A stretch of DNA of 64,000 nt from a virus, in IMG/VR virus record IMGVR_UViG_3300032268_001383, positions 34,742-98,741 of that record; one strand, 5' to 3'. Made by a program: the position numbers and the translations under genes. This document shows, piece after piece, positions 31,901 to 41,791 of this stretch. Each line of letters starts with the position of its first letter. The stretch's first letter is position 1. The notes beneath the pieces were generated by a model that saw nothing but the letters and a program-made list of their open reading frames with translations, made no database searches and was not told where the DNA came from.

Positions 31901-34602
31901 TAACTATTTGGCCAATTGCCTTGCTACCAGGACAAGAAGTTGATACTTATGTTTATTGTTATTCGGAATTTAACGATAATATTATCAAAAACTTACAATT
32001 GACAAATGCAAATATTTCCATCAGAAATCTAAATAGATACAATACGGTTGATAAATTAGTTGAAAAATTCAATCTACATCCAATATCTATTGGATATAAT
32101 ATGGCGACTAGTTCTAATATTGTTACAATTTCACCAAGATTCAATAATAAAACCGCCTATTATAATTTACAGTCTACTGTAGTTTTAGGTACACAATCAA
32201 AAAATATGGAATATCAGGAGAGTTTTCTTAATTTTGGTTATAGTCCAACATATAATATTTTAGATTATTTAGAAAAAGTAGATAATAGATTTTATCCAAA
32301 CTACAGATTTTCTGTAATGCCTGAATTCTATTCACTTGTTGGTAGCGATACCTTGGATCCGAATTCAATTTATATCGACTTAACAGTTGGACAAATTTCC
32401 GCTACTGTTAGTAATGGACAAACAATAAATAATGTCAATTATTACAGATATGGAACAAACCAAATAGTATTTGGTAATAATTTGAAATTCTACTGGGATG
32501 CACTCTTTATTTACACTTTCATAAATCTTACCATAAATTCGACATATACAACAAACAAATTGTTGATAACCAAAAAATATTATAGCCAAGAATTTGATGG
32601 TTGGGTGATGGAATTTAATAAGAAAATTGAAGTCGATCCAACAATATCTAACTCTTTGAATATAAACACAATAGATTTAGTATCAAGAAATAGTTTGGAG
32701 TTGATAAGTTCAGATTTACAAACGCTTAATAATATACAAAGAAGTTCAACAACAAAAAGTGTGCAATTTTTAACTAATTTTACTAATTTAGAAGGCGAAC
32801 TATCTACAAAAATATCCACTGATTCATATTTAAAAATATTAGTATCCGATTATAACATCCGAGAGTTTCTAAGTGCAATCATCTATACGGATGAGGATTT
32901 TCAAATGGCTATGAATTTACTGAATGTGGAAAGGGAAGTAAAATACAAAATATCAAATACCTTCAGAAACATAAATGATAAACTTGCTCTTTCGATTCCC
33001 GGTGAAATAGAATTGAAAGAGGGTGATTTAATAGAGTTGTCATTCAATGGTGGTACCTTTTCATCTGAATTTTTGAATCCACAATATTTTGGTTTACACA
33101 CTGTAATATCAACTTTTAATAATCCCGTTTCATCATTTGTGATTACATCCTTGGACTATGATGTTGCTTCTATTACTATTGACTCCGGTACGATTTCATT
33201 TATAAAAAAAGATCCATTTTTTAATTATTTGCCTGTTGACTTATTCGATTTGGGTAGTGATAAAAAAGTCAAAAGGGCTATACAAATTAATCCAGAAAAC
33301 TATGTTCTTGATTTGAATCAATATAATTTAGAAAATGTTGATTTGGAAAACTTTAGATATGAATTAGTTGATGGTTTATCATTAGAGGATTTAACAAATA
33401 ATTTTTCTTGGGTATTAGAAGCCGAAATTTCCGAGGCAATTTTAGGTAGAGATAAGAACGGTAACTTTATTTGGTATAGTGGAATTTGGCACTGTGGGAG
33501 ATGGTTTGGTGGAACTTGGTATTCTGGAAGGTGGGTAAATGGTGACTGGTATAGAGGCATTTGGAATTCAAATAATACAACTTTCGGAATAATTTCAATC
33601 ACCGTTGATGATAAATTTGTCGATAATTCAGCTTCTCGTTGGTTCAACGGAAGATGGTTTGACGGAACTTGGAATGGAGGTACTTGGTATTTCGGTCGTA
33701 GATATAGTGGCGACTGGAATACAGGAAATTGGTATGGTGGTATTTGGAATGATGGTAAGTGGAATAGTGGTACGTTCCAAGGTGGAATATGGGTTCGAGG
33801 TGTATGGGAAAGCGGAATATTTAATTGTAATTCAGAGCCAGCTTATTGGCTTGATGGACAGTTCAAGTTAGGTGATTTTGAAAATGGTATATGGTATAAT
33901 GGTCAATTCGGAAATGATAGGGGTATACTTGCAAGATTTGGAACAAAGTCAAGCAATAGTAGAACATCACTATGGCATGGTGGTAAGTGGATTGATGGGG
34001 AATTTCATTCAAATCTAAACATTGATTCATCCACTGGGTTACCTACAATATCAGAAATACATAAGTATTCAATATGGAGAACAGGAATTTGGTTAAAGGG
34101 TACATTTTATGGTGGAATTGCTTACAATATTGATTTCAAGAATGGTAGTTGGTTCGGTGGAATTCTGGAAGAAATTCAAGTAATTGGTGTTGATCCGATT
34201 TTACCAGCTACATCATCTACAAATTCAATAATTTTGAATGGTATCTTTAAGTTCAATACTGGAGATGAGATTTGGGTTATAGATGATGATAGGGATGGTG
34301 CTTTCTCGCCACTTGGTAATAATAGAAATCCATTAAAATATAGAATAAATAAGATCGTTGAAGATGACATCAATAAGCAAACTAAGGTATTTTTAAACTA
34401 CAATCTATCATCACTTGGTGTCGATCCATCTATTGCAACAGCGAGTTATAATAATGTTGAAACGGGACTGAGAGTTGTCAGTCACTTTAAAGATTCCTAC
34501 TGGAAGAGTGGGTTATGGACTAATGGCATTTTTGATGGTGGTCAATTTGATACTGGAATTTGGTATAACGGAGTATTCTTATCTGGATTTTGGGGAAATT
34601 AG
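28948..34602 (+). CDS. giant virion structural protein with beta-propeller (BNR-like) region and W-x-x-G-x-W repeats
   Basis: 1884 aa; IDGVRLVEGNRVLVKNQ module, TKDGGLNW BNR motif, C-terminal WYSGIWHCGRWFGGTW tracts. Confidence 0.7.
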   Translation: MFVRNTDTGKWFNQIDTLSKDNYDDLRQDLEKVRLYSKCLSGSTYLPIDGFENIYNTFDIQKIGFYISESNTQVRRPLNGPVIPLTSNNSDEFYTKYLKENAFTIKNLFTPNKLIDDQLDNYLIVDVSTDEEIIDLGQVNTNYIIDGVRLVEGNRVLVKNQTSIINLSNNIDPEVYFSTTEIVSEYFLDIDNITSKTYFWYNNQNGIYLYTENKLVKTSELDSYDDVYRYSVVVSSGEIYREKQFHLNRLRNGYFPISSEGNNMQFVEKKNWVLRNRVDYNNIFDINYYDIIQHSTQSVYVVDEGRTYSIPPRTIAVGEFGVIINNQDKLSSGATFSQSHIISNKFKVNLRNITEVDNYYWCCGDEGTLLKISKQNFKIERIDLGETNHLKSISFFSNIYGKVVGEYNTIWWTKDGGLNWSKLEIPELDIHSYNKVIYYDLNQTYVAGDRGIFIEFSFVNGAWSAYKRKVAKQLSPIDEYVLFDDINDLLNTKWTKLVDYNYSTSSLIPDFGSNLTFTNTENNTFGLSPNYKLQIEFASDYFSNAALFTSDFYVAIKVSDSLGNIVYVNSPNFGSPFTPPGALYTTWDMYNSTFNPPIGATSVFKPQAEISLPYLSDGTLQETKFKVDIEINYNYDAQNGTISPSYGFATHSYVVDTKSANLLVLGGNENNIICYDKTGLISNSQNQFIYLSTTQSFSDVRSLSKTKNGIDIYVVGDKIYNFSLGVFTNNGTVSNVSTGTANLISDKFVNKLVFDENLRPYIAGNNSLLQFIPPTTTTFVDLDPTFNSKIKSRLLFLDYDIASKLNFFTDDGEYRLPNSVSFTQSLFTQSLVVKNITSERNWLSYYKDAEKTFTYYSSISDLDRVEFSTTFSSVNRDVIFNINPSEVTSSLNLILPFAPSLATATFSRFIQHSTPISSPLPIGIAYSNLKLFLYKYLLIFKINRDVEIGEVLRLTSNAIDCNLVVNRIERYLFNTSITNDPKVRLTIWPIALLPGQEVDTYVYCYSEFNDNIIKNLQLTNANISIRNLNRYNTVDKLVEKFNLHPISIGYNMATSSNIVTISPRFNNKTAYYNLQSTVVLGTQSKNMEYQESFLNFGYSPTYNILDYLEKVDNRFYPNYRFSVMPEFYSLVGSDTLDPNSIYIDLTVGQISATVSNGQTINNVNYYRYGTNQIVFGNNLKFYWDALFIYTFINLTINSTYTTNKLLITKKYYSQEFDGWVMEFNKKIEVDPTISNSLNINTIDLVSRNSLELISSDLQTLNNIQRSSTTKSVQFLTNFTNLEGELSTKISTDSYLKILVSDYNIREFLSAIIYTDEDFQMAMNLLNVEREVKYKISNTFRNINDKLALSIPGEIELKEGDLIELSFNGGTFSSEFLNPQYFGLHTVISTFNNPVSSFVITSLDYDVASITIDSGTISFIKKDPFFNYLPVDLFDLGSDKKVKRAIQINPENYVLDLNQYNLENVDLENFRYELVDGLSLEDLTNNFSWVLEAEISEAILGRDKNGNFIWYSGIWHCGRWFGGTWYSGRWVNGDWYRGIWNSNNTTFGIISITVDDKFVDNSASRWFNGRWFDGTWNGGTWYFGRRYSGDWNTGNWYGGIWNDGKWNSGTFQGGIWVRGVWESGIFNCNSEPAYWLDGQFKLGDFENGIWYNGQFGNDRGILARFGTKSSNSRTSLWHGGKWIDGEFHSNLNIDSSTGLPTISEIHKYSIWRTGIWLKGTFYGGIAYNIDFKNGSWFGGILEEIQVIGVDPILPATSSTNSIILNGIFKFNTGDEIWVIDDDRDGAFSPLGNNRNPLKYRINKIVEDDINKQTKVFLNYNLSSLGVDPSIATASYNNVETGLRVVSHFKDSYWKSGLWTNGIFDGGQFDTGIWYNGVFLSGFWGN

Positions 34603-34647
34603 ATTAGAGATGATATTTTTTATAAATTAAAATTAATATATACAAAT

Positions 34648-35058
34648 ATGAACATAAAATCATATACTTCATTTATTAATGAAGATTTAAAATCCGACAT
34701 CGAATCAAGTCTGAAGTCTGAAAATAAAGACTTGAAATTAGCAGTAATTGAAAAAATTATTAAGTCTTTGAAATCAGAAGAGGAAGATGTTTTCAAGGAA
34801 TTCATAGAGGCATACATCAAGGATGATATCAAAAATCAAATAGTGGGTTTGATTAATGATGCAGATGTATATGAGTTTTATCTTAGCTATAGAAACGAAA
34901 TCGACGAATTACTTTCAAATATAAACTTTTATGATGAAAGTCCATCTGAAATAAATTCATTCAGTTTGTATGACTATTTAGTAAAAGGTACACAGAAAGC
35001 AATAAAAGAAACCATACTACAAATAAAAGAAGAATTGGATTCATCATCACAGAAATGA
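34648..35058 (+). CDS. hypothetical protein with capsid-targeting-like leader
   Basis: MNIKSYTSFINE; TTAATATATA upstream. Confidence 0.7.
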   Translation: MNIKSYTSFINEDLKSDIESSLKSENKDLKLAVIEKIIKSLKSEEEDVFKEFIEAYIKDDIKNQIVGLINDADVYEFYLSYRNEIDELLSNINFYDESPSEINSFSLYDYLVKGTQKAIKETILQIKEELDSSSQK

Positions 35059-35061
35059 TAA

Positions 35062-35496
35062 TCAATTGAAAAAATTTGTAATAAATGTAGTCAAGTTAAG
35101 ATGTAAATGAAAATGATTAAAGACTAAGAGCGTTAGAGTAGAAAAGGTAAATAATAATTTCAAGAGTAGAAATGAGTCTGATATAAATTTTACTTTTACC
35201 CACCTGACTATGATATTTAGTATAGAATATAAAATAAAATAGGAGACAAAAATTAACCAATTAGAACCTATTAATCCAAAGAAAAACCAGAAGAAATTCA
35301 AACTCTCAACAAAATGTACAAATGAGAAAAATTCAAAATAATTCTCTGAAAAATCAGATTTTTCTGGTTTTTTTCCAGTAACCTTTATAAACTTATGCAA
35401 AAATTCTTTGATGTAAACATATTTTGTATAATTAGCTAATAACAGGAAGTTAAGGAGTAATAATATAAGACCAGAAAAGTAAAATACTGATGCCAT
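35062..35496 (-). CDS. membrane protein (about 4 TM segments)
   Basis: Strongly hydrophobic 144-aa ORF. Confidence 0.7.
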   Translation of the reverse strand: MASVFYFSGLILLLLNFLLLANYTKYVYIKEFLHKFIKVTGKKPEKSDFSENYFEFFSFVHFVESLNFFWFFFGLIGSNWLIFVSYFILYSILNIIVRWVKVKFISDSFLLLKLLFTFSTLTLLVFNHFHLHLNLTTFITNFFN

Positions 35497-35594
35497 AGTA
35501 AGTAATTTTTAAATTATATCTTATGTTCGGTATTTGTTTATAATAGAGAAGTAGAGTTTTAATATATATTTGAAACTATAATTTTTCAAAATAT

Positions 35595-38306
35595 ATGGCT
35601 GTAACACCAAATTATAAGAGACTTAAAACTAACGGTACTTCATTTTATGCATTTCCTGGTGCCGCAGAAGATATATCTGCTGCTTATCAAAATCAAAATT
35701 ACAGAATGTATTTTTCAAAATATATTCTTTTGAATTTCCCTAAACAAAATACAAATCCAGGTACTAACAGCAACGATATTTATTTCGACTTTGATAATTC
35801 GTTTCAAAGATCCGTTTTTTCTCAACCAACTGTAGATTATAAAGATCAGCTCATAGAATCCTTAAGAAATTATGTTGCAAACCAAGAAGTCTCTATAAAA
35901 GAATCAAAATTAAACAATACTGAGTATTATTACGATAACAGAGTTTTATCTACCCCAACAGAAAAAATATTCTGGAAATGGTGTAGTAAATTAAACTTGA
36001 TGGACTTCGAACCGGCAAATACTGGTGATGAATACTTCGGTAATTTAGCAGAATTTCAAAGTTTAAATGTCAACGATGTTCAGTTCTTCCCAGAGATTCT
36101 TTGGAAGGAAAGGGAAGTTATTGAATGGGAAACTGCTCAATTTTACGAATCTGGTGAACCAGGATATACTAGTAAATTAGAAATTGAATTCGAAGGAACA
36201 ACTAATTTTAGAGTCGGTGACATCATTGAATTTGATAATATTTCAAACAGCACTTTAATTGGTAATGGAATTTACAGCGGTAAGAGAACTACTGTGCAAT
36301 TAATCAAAGCACCAACCAGTGTTTTAGGTCAAAGAATAGTTACTTCTATAAATTATTCAGCTACTACAGAAACAGACACTGGTTCCTCCGCAAAAATATC
36401 TTACCATAGATTAGTTCAATATATTGGTGAAGTCAATGGTATTAATAACGTCAGTGAAGCAAATCGTTCTTATACAGAAGTTTATGCACACATACCAGAT
36501 CACACTGGTCAAACACCTGATATCTTATTTAGAACTGCAGTTGATGAGAATTATAAACCCAATTTGATATTTCCGATCCTACCATCACAATACCAACCTG
36601 AAATAATTGGCGCGGCATTGAATGGTAGTATCAATTTCAGTAGTCCAATTGTTGCGAATCCAACAAATTATCCTGGAAATTACTACGGTCAGTTTGATAC
36701 AGAGGATTTCACATATGAGATTGCAACAGGTGATGTTGTAAGAAGGAGTGGAGATTATTTTGGAATTAGTGGTGATACAGATAATCCAGTTGTAGATGGT
36801 TCGACAATCGATGGAGTTTCTGTGGACTTCGACACTACACACTATGTAAAAATGAATATTTTAGGTAGAGAAGTCGGTAATTTTGATTCGTTTAATGCTT
36901 TAGAGGTTAATAATGAACCACCATTGGATTTTGAATTCAATGCGATATTATGGTATTATACTGTTGAAGATTTGAATGGCAATGCCACAACAAATTTATA
37001 TGGTATTTCATTTGTAGACAATCCAGATAATAATCCAGTCGAATCAGAAGTTGGTATAAGAGTTCCTACATTTAAAAAATTAGCTGCAAATAATATACAA
37101 GATGGAACATCTTATGCTTTTTCACTAAATCTAAGTTTTAATATTGTAAACGAAAACCCACAAGACACATTTAATCCTGAAGCTATCAATTCACTATTCA
37201 GTATGAATCTATTCAATACAGCTATGAGAAGATTGAGTGGTGTGAATGAATCATATTTAAATATAATTGCTGAACAAAATACTCTACAAGAAGAAATAGT
37301 TAATATTAAACAATTACTCTATAGTCAAACTGATTTTGCAGTAATTAATCAAAAAATATCAAATTTAGAAACCCTATTGAGACTCTATTCAACTATGCAA
37401 TTTGAGTCAAGTGAAACAATAGAAGTAGTAGTTGATACTGTAGAATCGCCTCCGAAATTGACTATGAATAATATTGATACTGTTTATAGTAATATTTATA
37501 GAATAAATACATCTAGTCTATATAACGCAAATGGGGCAATACCTTATATTATTAGCGTACCTTATAATAAAAACATATTGATACATATCACAAATGATGA
37601 TGTGAATAATATCACATTACCAAATGGTGAGAAGTTAACAATACTTCTTGATAAAGATTTATATTTCAAACAAAGTGTGGATGTCATTGTGGAGTCAAAT
37701 GACTTGGCAACTCAAAATAAACAATTAGAAATCTTTATAAGCTATCAATTCAATTCATCAACAAATCCTGCGGTAGAGACTCAAATAATTGAAACAATAG
37801 ACATGCCGGTATTCTTTAATAGCACAACTCAATTAACAAACTCAGCAAAAAATTGGAGTGAAAATAAATTCGAGATAGATTTGGGTAAAACACTACAATT
37901 AACGACTGGTGGTATCTTAGAAGTGCCAATTTTAGCGAATTCAGCTCTTGTGAATAACGCTTTCAAAGTAGGTGATACCTTTTATTTAGAAAACTTTACT
38001 ATTGGTACAACAAGTCAAATTGACTTTTCTGGGCAGTATACAATTGATAACATTGGTGTGGTGAACTCCTACATATATTTGGATGTAAATAATAACACGG
38101 AATTAATAAATTATGGTTCCAGTAGTAGTAATATTACCAGTGGTGGATTGCCACTACCATTCAATTCAACAGCTTCATCATATTTATTATCTAATTATCC
38201 TTATTTAAGACTAAATAAAGGTGCGAAATATAAAATTACCCGAGTCGACAATTCAATTTCAAGTGGTGCTGACGAAAGATATTTAGTAGAAAAACAATAT
38301 CTATAA
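35595..38306 (+). CDS. large putative virion structural protein
   Basis: 903 aa, acidic and beta-rich with a coiled segment; late-type motif upstream, terminator downstream. Confidence 0.6.
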   Translation: MAVTPNYKRLKTNGTSFYAFPGAAEDISAAYQNQNYRMYFSKYILLNFPKQNTNPGTNSNDIYFDFDNSFQRSVFSQPTVDYKDQLIESLRNYVANQEVSIKESKLNNTEYYYDNRVLSTPTEKIFWKWCSKLNLMDFEPANTGDEYFGNLAEFQSLNVNDVQFFPEILWKEREVIEWETAQFYESGEPGYTSKLEIEFEGTTNFRVGDIIEFDNISNSTLIGNGIYSGKRTTVQLIKAPTSVLGQRIVTSINYSATTETDTGSSAKISYHRLVQYIGEVNGINNVSEANRSYTEVYAHIPDHTGQTPDILFRTAVDENYKPNLIFPILPSQYQPEIIGAALNGSINFSSPIVANPTNYPGNYYGQFDTEDFTYEIATGDVVRRSGDYFGISGDTDNPVVDGSTIDGVSVDFDTTHYVKMNILGREVGNFDSFNALEVNNEPPLDFEFNAILWYYTVEDLNGNATTNLYGISFVDNPDNNPVESEVGIRVPTFKKLAANNIQDGTSYAFSLNLSFNIVNENPQDTFNPEAINSLFSMNLFNTAMRRLSGVNESYLNIIAEQNTLQEEIVNIKQLLYSQTDFAVINQKISNLETLLRLYSTMQFESSETIEVVVDTVESPPKLTMNNIDTVYSNIYRINTSSLYNANGAIPYIISVPYNKNILIHITNDDVNNITLPNGEKLTILLDKDLYFKQSVDVIVESNDLATQNKQLEIFISYQFNSSTNPAVETQIIETIDMPVFFNSTTQLTNSAKNWSENKFEIDLGKTLQLTTGGILEVPILANSALVNNAFKVGDTFYLENFTIGTTSQIDFSGQYTIDNIGVVNSYIYLDVNNNTELINYGSSSSNITSGGLPLPFNSTASSYLLSNYPYLRLNKGAKYKITRVDNSISSGADERYLVEKQYL

Positions 38307-38312
38307 TATTTG

Positions 38313-38347
38313 AAGAAACTTTGAATAATTTCAAAGTTTCTTTTTTT
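38313..38347 (+). terminator. intrinsic terminator
   Basis: aagaaactttgaa/ttcaaagtttctt stem plus T-tract, overlapping the next promoter motif. Confidence 0.75.
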
Positions 38348-38359
38348 AATATATAATAT

Positions 38360-39310
38360 ATGAAATCAATCAAATCATATAAAGACTTTTTGAGAGAAGA
38401 CAATAACGATATAGCTCAAGAGATTATTTCTTTGGCTGATGGTGACTCTTATGCACAAACTCTAATATCTAAATATTGTAAAAACTTTGACACATCAATA
38501 GATTCGTATTCGGTTATATCATTATTGGATAATGAGACTCAAACAAATTTACTAAGTAAAATTAAAGAATATAAATCAAAGAGTGAAGAATTCCCAGAGG
38601 TATTTGCGAATACCGATTTGAATTTATTAGAATCAAAAAGTTTTGTAGCTGGAAAAAACTTATTCAATTGTTTTTTAAAAATTTTAACTGCACTTGGATG
38701 TAAAGGCATACAAGTAAATTATGAACTTACACCTAAAGACTATCTTGTATACTTAGTAACAAATGATTTGAATTATTTAGATATTAGAATGGTCTCATCT
38801 AGATTCAAGTATTTAGATATGATTATACAAGATATGCAGACAAGTACACAAGTTGCTAAACTTTATTATGGTCTGAAAAATAATATGGTATTGGAATATG
38901 GATTAACCTTTCAAGATTCTATTCATAAAATTGGAGAGTTCAAATTCAAATTCGAAACATATGAATCACTAATAAATTCACCTTTACTAGCTTTATTCAA
39001 CTTCAAGACTCACCTGAAAAACTTTAACTACGAAAAATTAAAATTATTTGGTAAAATAAAAGAGGCTATGAATAATTTTAGTCCAGGTTATTTCGAAAAA
39101 CAGTCAAAACCTACTATCAAGGAGGATATAATGACTTTTGGATATTATGGTATCGGTAGATGGGATGACGGTTTCATGGATCATAATGAAATACAATCTC
39201 TTAAAAATAATCTTAAAAACTATCTGATACAATTTCCTTGGTCGGAACAACTACAATTATCTATCGTAGCTAAAGAATATTGGCTTTATATTAATATTAA
39301 ATTAAAGTAA
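38360..39310 (+). CDS. hypothetical protein with capsid-targeting-like leader
   Basis: MKSIKSYKDFLRE. Confidence 0.7.
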   Translation: MKSIKSYKDFLREDNNDIAQEIISLADGDSYAQTLISKYCKNFDTSIDSYSVISLLDNETQTNLLSKIKEYKSKSEEFPEVFANTDLNLLESKSFVAGKNLFNCFLKILTALGCKGIQVNYELTPKDYLVYLVTNDLNYLDIRMVSSRFKYLDMIIQDMQTSTQVAKLYYGLKNNMVLEYGLTFQDSIHKIGEFKFKFETYESLINSPLLALFNFKTHLKNFNYEKLKLFGKIKEAMNNFSPGYFEKQSKPTIKEDIMTFGYYGIGRWDDGFMDHNEIQSLKNNLKNYLIQFPWSEQLQLSIVAKEYWLYINIKLK

Positions 39311-39988
39311 TTTCTGAATCATTTTTTTAATTGAATCTGGTGTTTCTATACTAGCATCATTTTTATTAGTCTCGGAATCTTTTATCCATTGACTGATTTC
39401 ATATAAGTCATCGATATCATAAATATTTGATTTTCCATCTTCTTCAATCAATTGAGAACCTTGTTTAAAAATATTGGATATATCTTCTTGACTTTTACCA
39501 TAGTCAACAAAGAATAATAAAATTTGCCCTGCTAATGGATGTTTCTCAGAAATTTTATCTAAAACATCTTTCTCTAAATGTTTATTATCCAAATCTCTAT
39601 CAGCTTTATAATCATAATCAAATAAGTTATCTAATCTCCTTCTCATTTTGACACCATCATCAGTCAAAATTTTTCTACCCAAATTTTTATATCCATATTT
39701 TTTTGCTAAATAGACCATCAATATTTGTCCGTATCCTTCACCTCTTACGTGAGACTGGATTGACCCAATTTCAATTTTCCCTTTATATTCACTATAAAGT
39801 ACCGTAGCAAGTAATTTATTATCACTTTTCGAATAAAGTTTAGCCGTATAATTGTTTTGACCATAGAAGTAATCTCTATGGTCATCCACGACTTTGAAGT
39901 TGTCTAAAACTTTATAAGGATTTGTCTTATCAATTTTGGTGAAATTTTCATTTACCTTGAAACTACTAAATAATTTTAAGAATTTCAT
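39302..39988 (-). CDS. GNAT-like acetyltransferase-domain protein with capsid-targeting-like leader
   Basis: IGSIQSHVRGEGYGQILM resembles GNAT motif A (RxxGxG); LTDDG; leader MKFLKLFSSFKVNE. Confidence 0.6.
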   Translation of the reverse strand: MKFLKLFSSFKVNENFTKIDKTNPYKVLDNFKVVDDHRDYFYGQNNYTAKLYSKSDNKLLATVLYSEYKGKIEIGSIQSHVRGEGYGQILMVYLAKKYGYKNLGRKILTDDGVKMRRRLDNLFDYDYKADRDLDNKHLEKDVLDKISEKHPLAGQILLFFVDYGKSQEDISNIFKQGSQLIEEDGKSNIYDIDDLYEISQWIKDSETNKNDASIETPDSIKKMIQKLL

Positions 39989-41787
39989 TCGTAAGATTTT
40001 AATATCTCAACAACTTCTTCTTTTTGTTCAGGCGTTGTTTGTAATGATGTAGAACACCAGCCAATCCATTCTGCGAACAACTTTTGTTTTGCAACAGGAT
40101 TTTTAAAATTAGCGTCACCACTTTCTAACTCATCAAGTAAATATTTCAGTATTTCATTTGTCCCGTATTCAATACACTGTTTAACAACCATATATCTTCT
40201 TTCGGCAACATTTGCACCATGTGTGACTAATAGTTTAACAACATCTAAATTTTGATTTCTCGATGCTGCTCTTAAAGGATAACCTTTCTCAAAGTTAGCA
40301 TCAATTCCATTTTGTAAAACAAATTTCATAGCGTCTAAATCATTGATGATAGTATTTAATATTTCATTTGTTAGCTCACATCCATTTTTTACCAAAATTT
40401 TAATCATATCTAAGTCCTTAGCAAACTTAATCGGATTATTCAATGTTGGAACAGCACCCTTTTTGATTAATAATTCAACTTTTTGTTTATTGTTTTCTCT
40501 GACTGCGTTTTCTAATGGTTTGCCATTTTGTGCGTTTGGATTAGCACCTGCTTCCAAATATTTTTCTATATCCACAATAGGTAAATTTTCTTTGATAATT
40601 TGTTTAGAAGCTTCGATTCTTCTCTTCCTAGCTTCAATTTCCTCTTTAGTCATAGGTTGCATCGCCTCTTTAGGTATGCTCCATTTTTTGAGAGTGTCAA
40701 TAATTTTAGAGGCGTGATTTTCATCATTCTTTAGATGACAAGCAGTTATTCTATAACTCTCACCAATTGTAACTCCAATAACAGACATATTATCTGTTGA
40801 TGGTAATTTGAAATTATAGATATAAAATTGTTTAGTGAATTTTTCTTCACCGACATAAAATTCCCAAGAACCGATAGATTTTGCTATACAATGTCTAGTA
40901 TTTGCGTTTAAGTCTTTGTTAGCAGCATATGACCTAACTTCTAAGATAAGTATATTGTCTTTTAGATAAACTTGTTCAGCACCATTAGATAAACCATATT
41001 GCTTATTAACATTTTCGATTGCGACTATGAAATCTTCAAATCCTGAATTATTAACAGCCTGTATATTAGCTTCTGCTGCTTGAATTAGAGAATTTAAGTT
41101 TTGATATTGTTTTACCGAACTAAAGAAAAAATCCTGTAACTTCTTATTTTTGATAGGATCTTTCTTACCACTTTTATCTGTACCATATTCATCGAAAGCT
41201 TTTGCAATAGCCACAATTTTTTCTTTTTGGAATGGAGTCATTTTTTCTAACCAAGCTTTTTGCCAAGAAAGTAATTGCTGAACCCATTTGTTGTAAGAAA
41301 CTCCTTCTTCTAATGATCCTAAATCATCTATAAGTCTTTCTATAGCCGGTCTAAATTGTCTACCTTCCTCTTCTGATGATTTTTTTTCTTCATCATTTGC
41401 TGCCTTACTTACATATCTATCAATCGGCATTGGGAGATTACTTAAAGAGCTTCTCAATCTTTTTAACTTGTCTACTAAGTTTTTTAATTCTGAGAATCTA
41501 TCTTCTTCGCTCAAATCAGCAAGATCTTCAAAGAAAAATTTAGTAAAGGTATAAACTAACCCTTCATTATCTCTTAGTATAGATTTTATTGTTTGGAAAC
41601 TAGGATCGTTGTCAGCCCTTCTTACCTCTTCAGGTGTTAATCCTACATTTTCTCCTTCTTTTGGGCTCATTTTTTCCTTTTTATCTCTTAGTGCTCTATT
41701 TCTAAGAAATGTCTTAGCCTGATTGATGTTTTCATCTAATCTCTGTCCCTTATAAGACTGTTTGAAATCTAAAAAATTCTTAATCAT
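39985..41787 (-). CDS. ankyrin-repeat protein
   Basis: GANPNAQNGKPLENAV, GYPLRAASRNQNLDVVKLLVTHGANV repeats in the C-terminal third. Confidence 0.85.
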   Translation of the reverse strand: MIKNFLDFKQSYKGQRLDENINQAKTFLRNRALRDKKEKMSPKEGENVGLTPEEVRRADNDPSFQTIKSILRDNEGLVYTFTKFFFEDLADLSEEDRFSELKNLVDKLKRLRSSLSNLPMPIDRYVSKAANDEEKKSSEEEGRQFRPAIERLIDDLGSLEEGVSYNKWVQQLLSWQKAWLEKMTPFQKEKIVAIAKAFDEYGTDKSGKKDPIKNKKLQDFFFSSVKQYQNLNSLIQAAEANIQAVNNSGFEDFIVAIENVNKQYGLSNGAEQVYLKDNILILEVRSYAANKDLNANTRHCIAKSIGSWEFYVGEEKFTKQFYIYNFKLPSTDNMSVIGVTIGESYRITACHLKNDENHASKIIDTLKKWSIPKEAMQPMTKEEIEARKRRIEASKQIIKENLPIVDIEKYLEAGANPNAQNGKPLENAVRENNKQKVELLIKKGAVPTLNNPIKFAKDLDMIKILVKNGCELTNEILNTIINDLDAMKFVLQNGIDANFEKGYPLRAASRNQNLDVVKLLVTHGANVAERRYMVVKQCIEYGTNEILKYLLDELESGDANFKNPVAKQKLFAEWIGWCSTSLQTTPEQKEEVVEILKSYE

Positions 41788-41791
41788 AATA

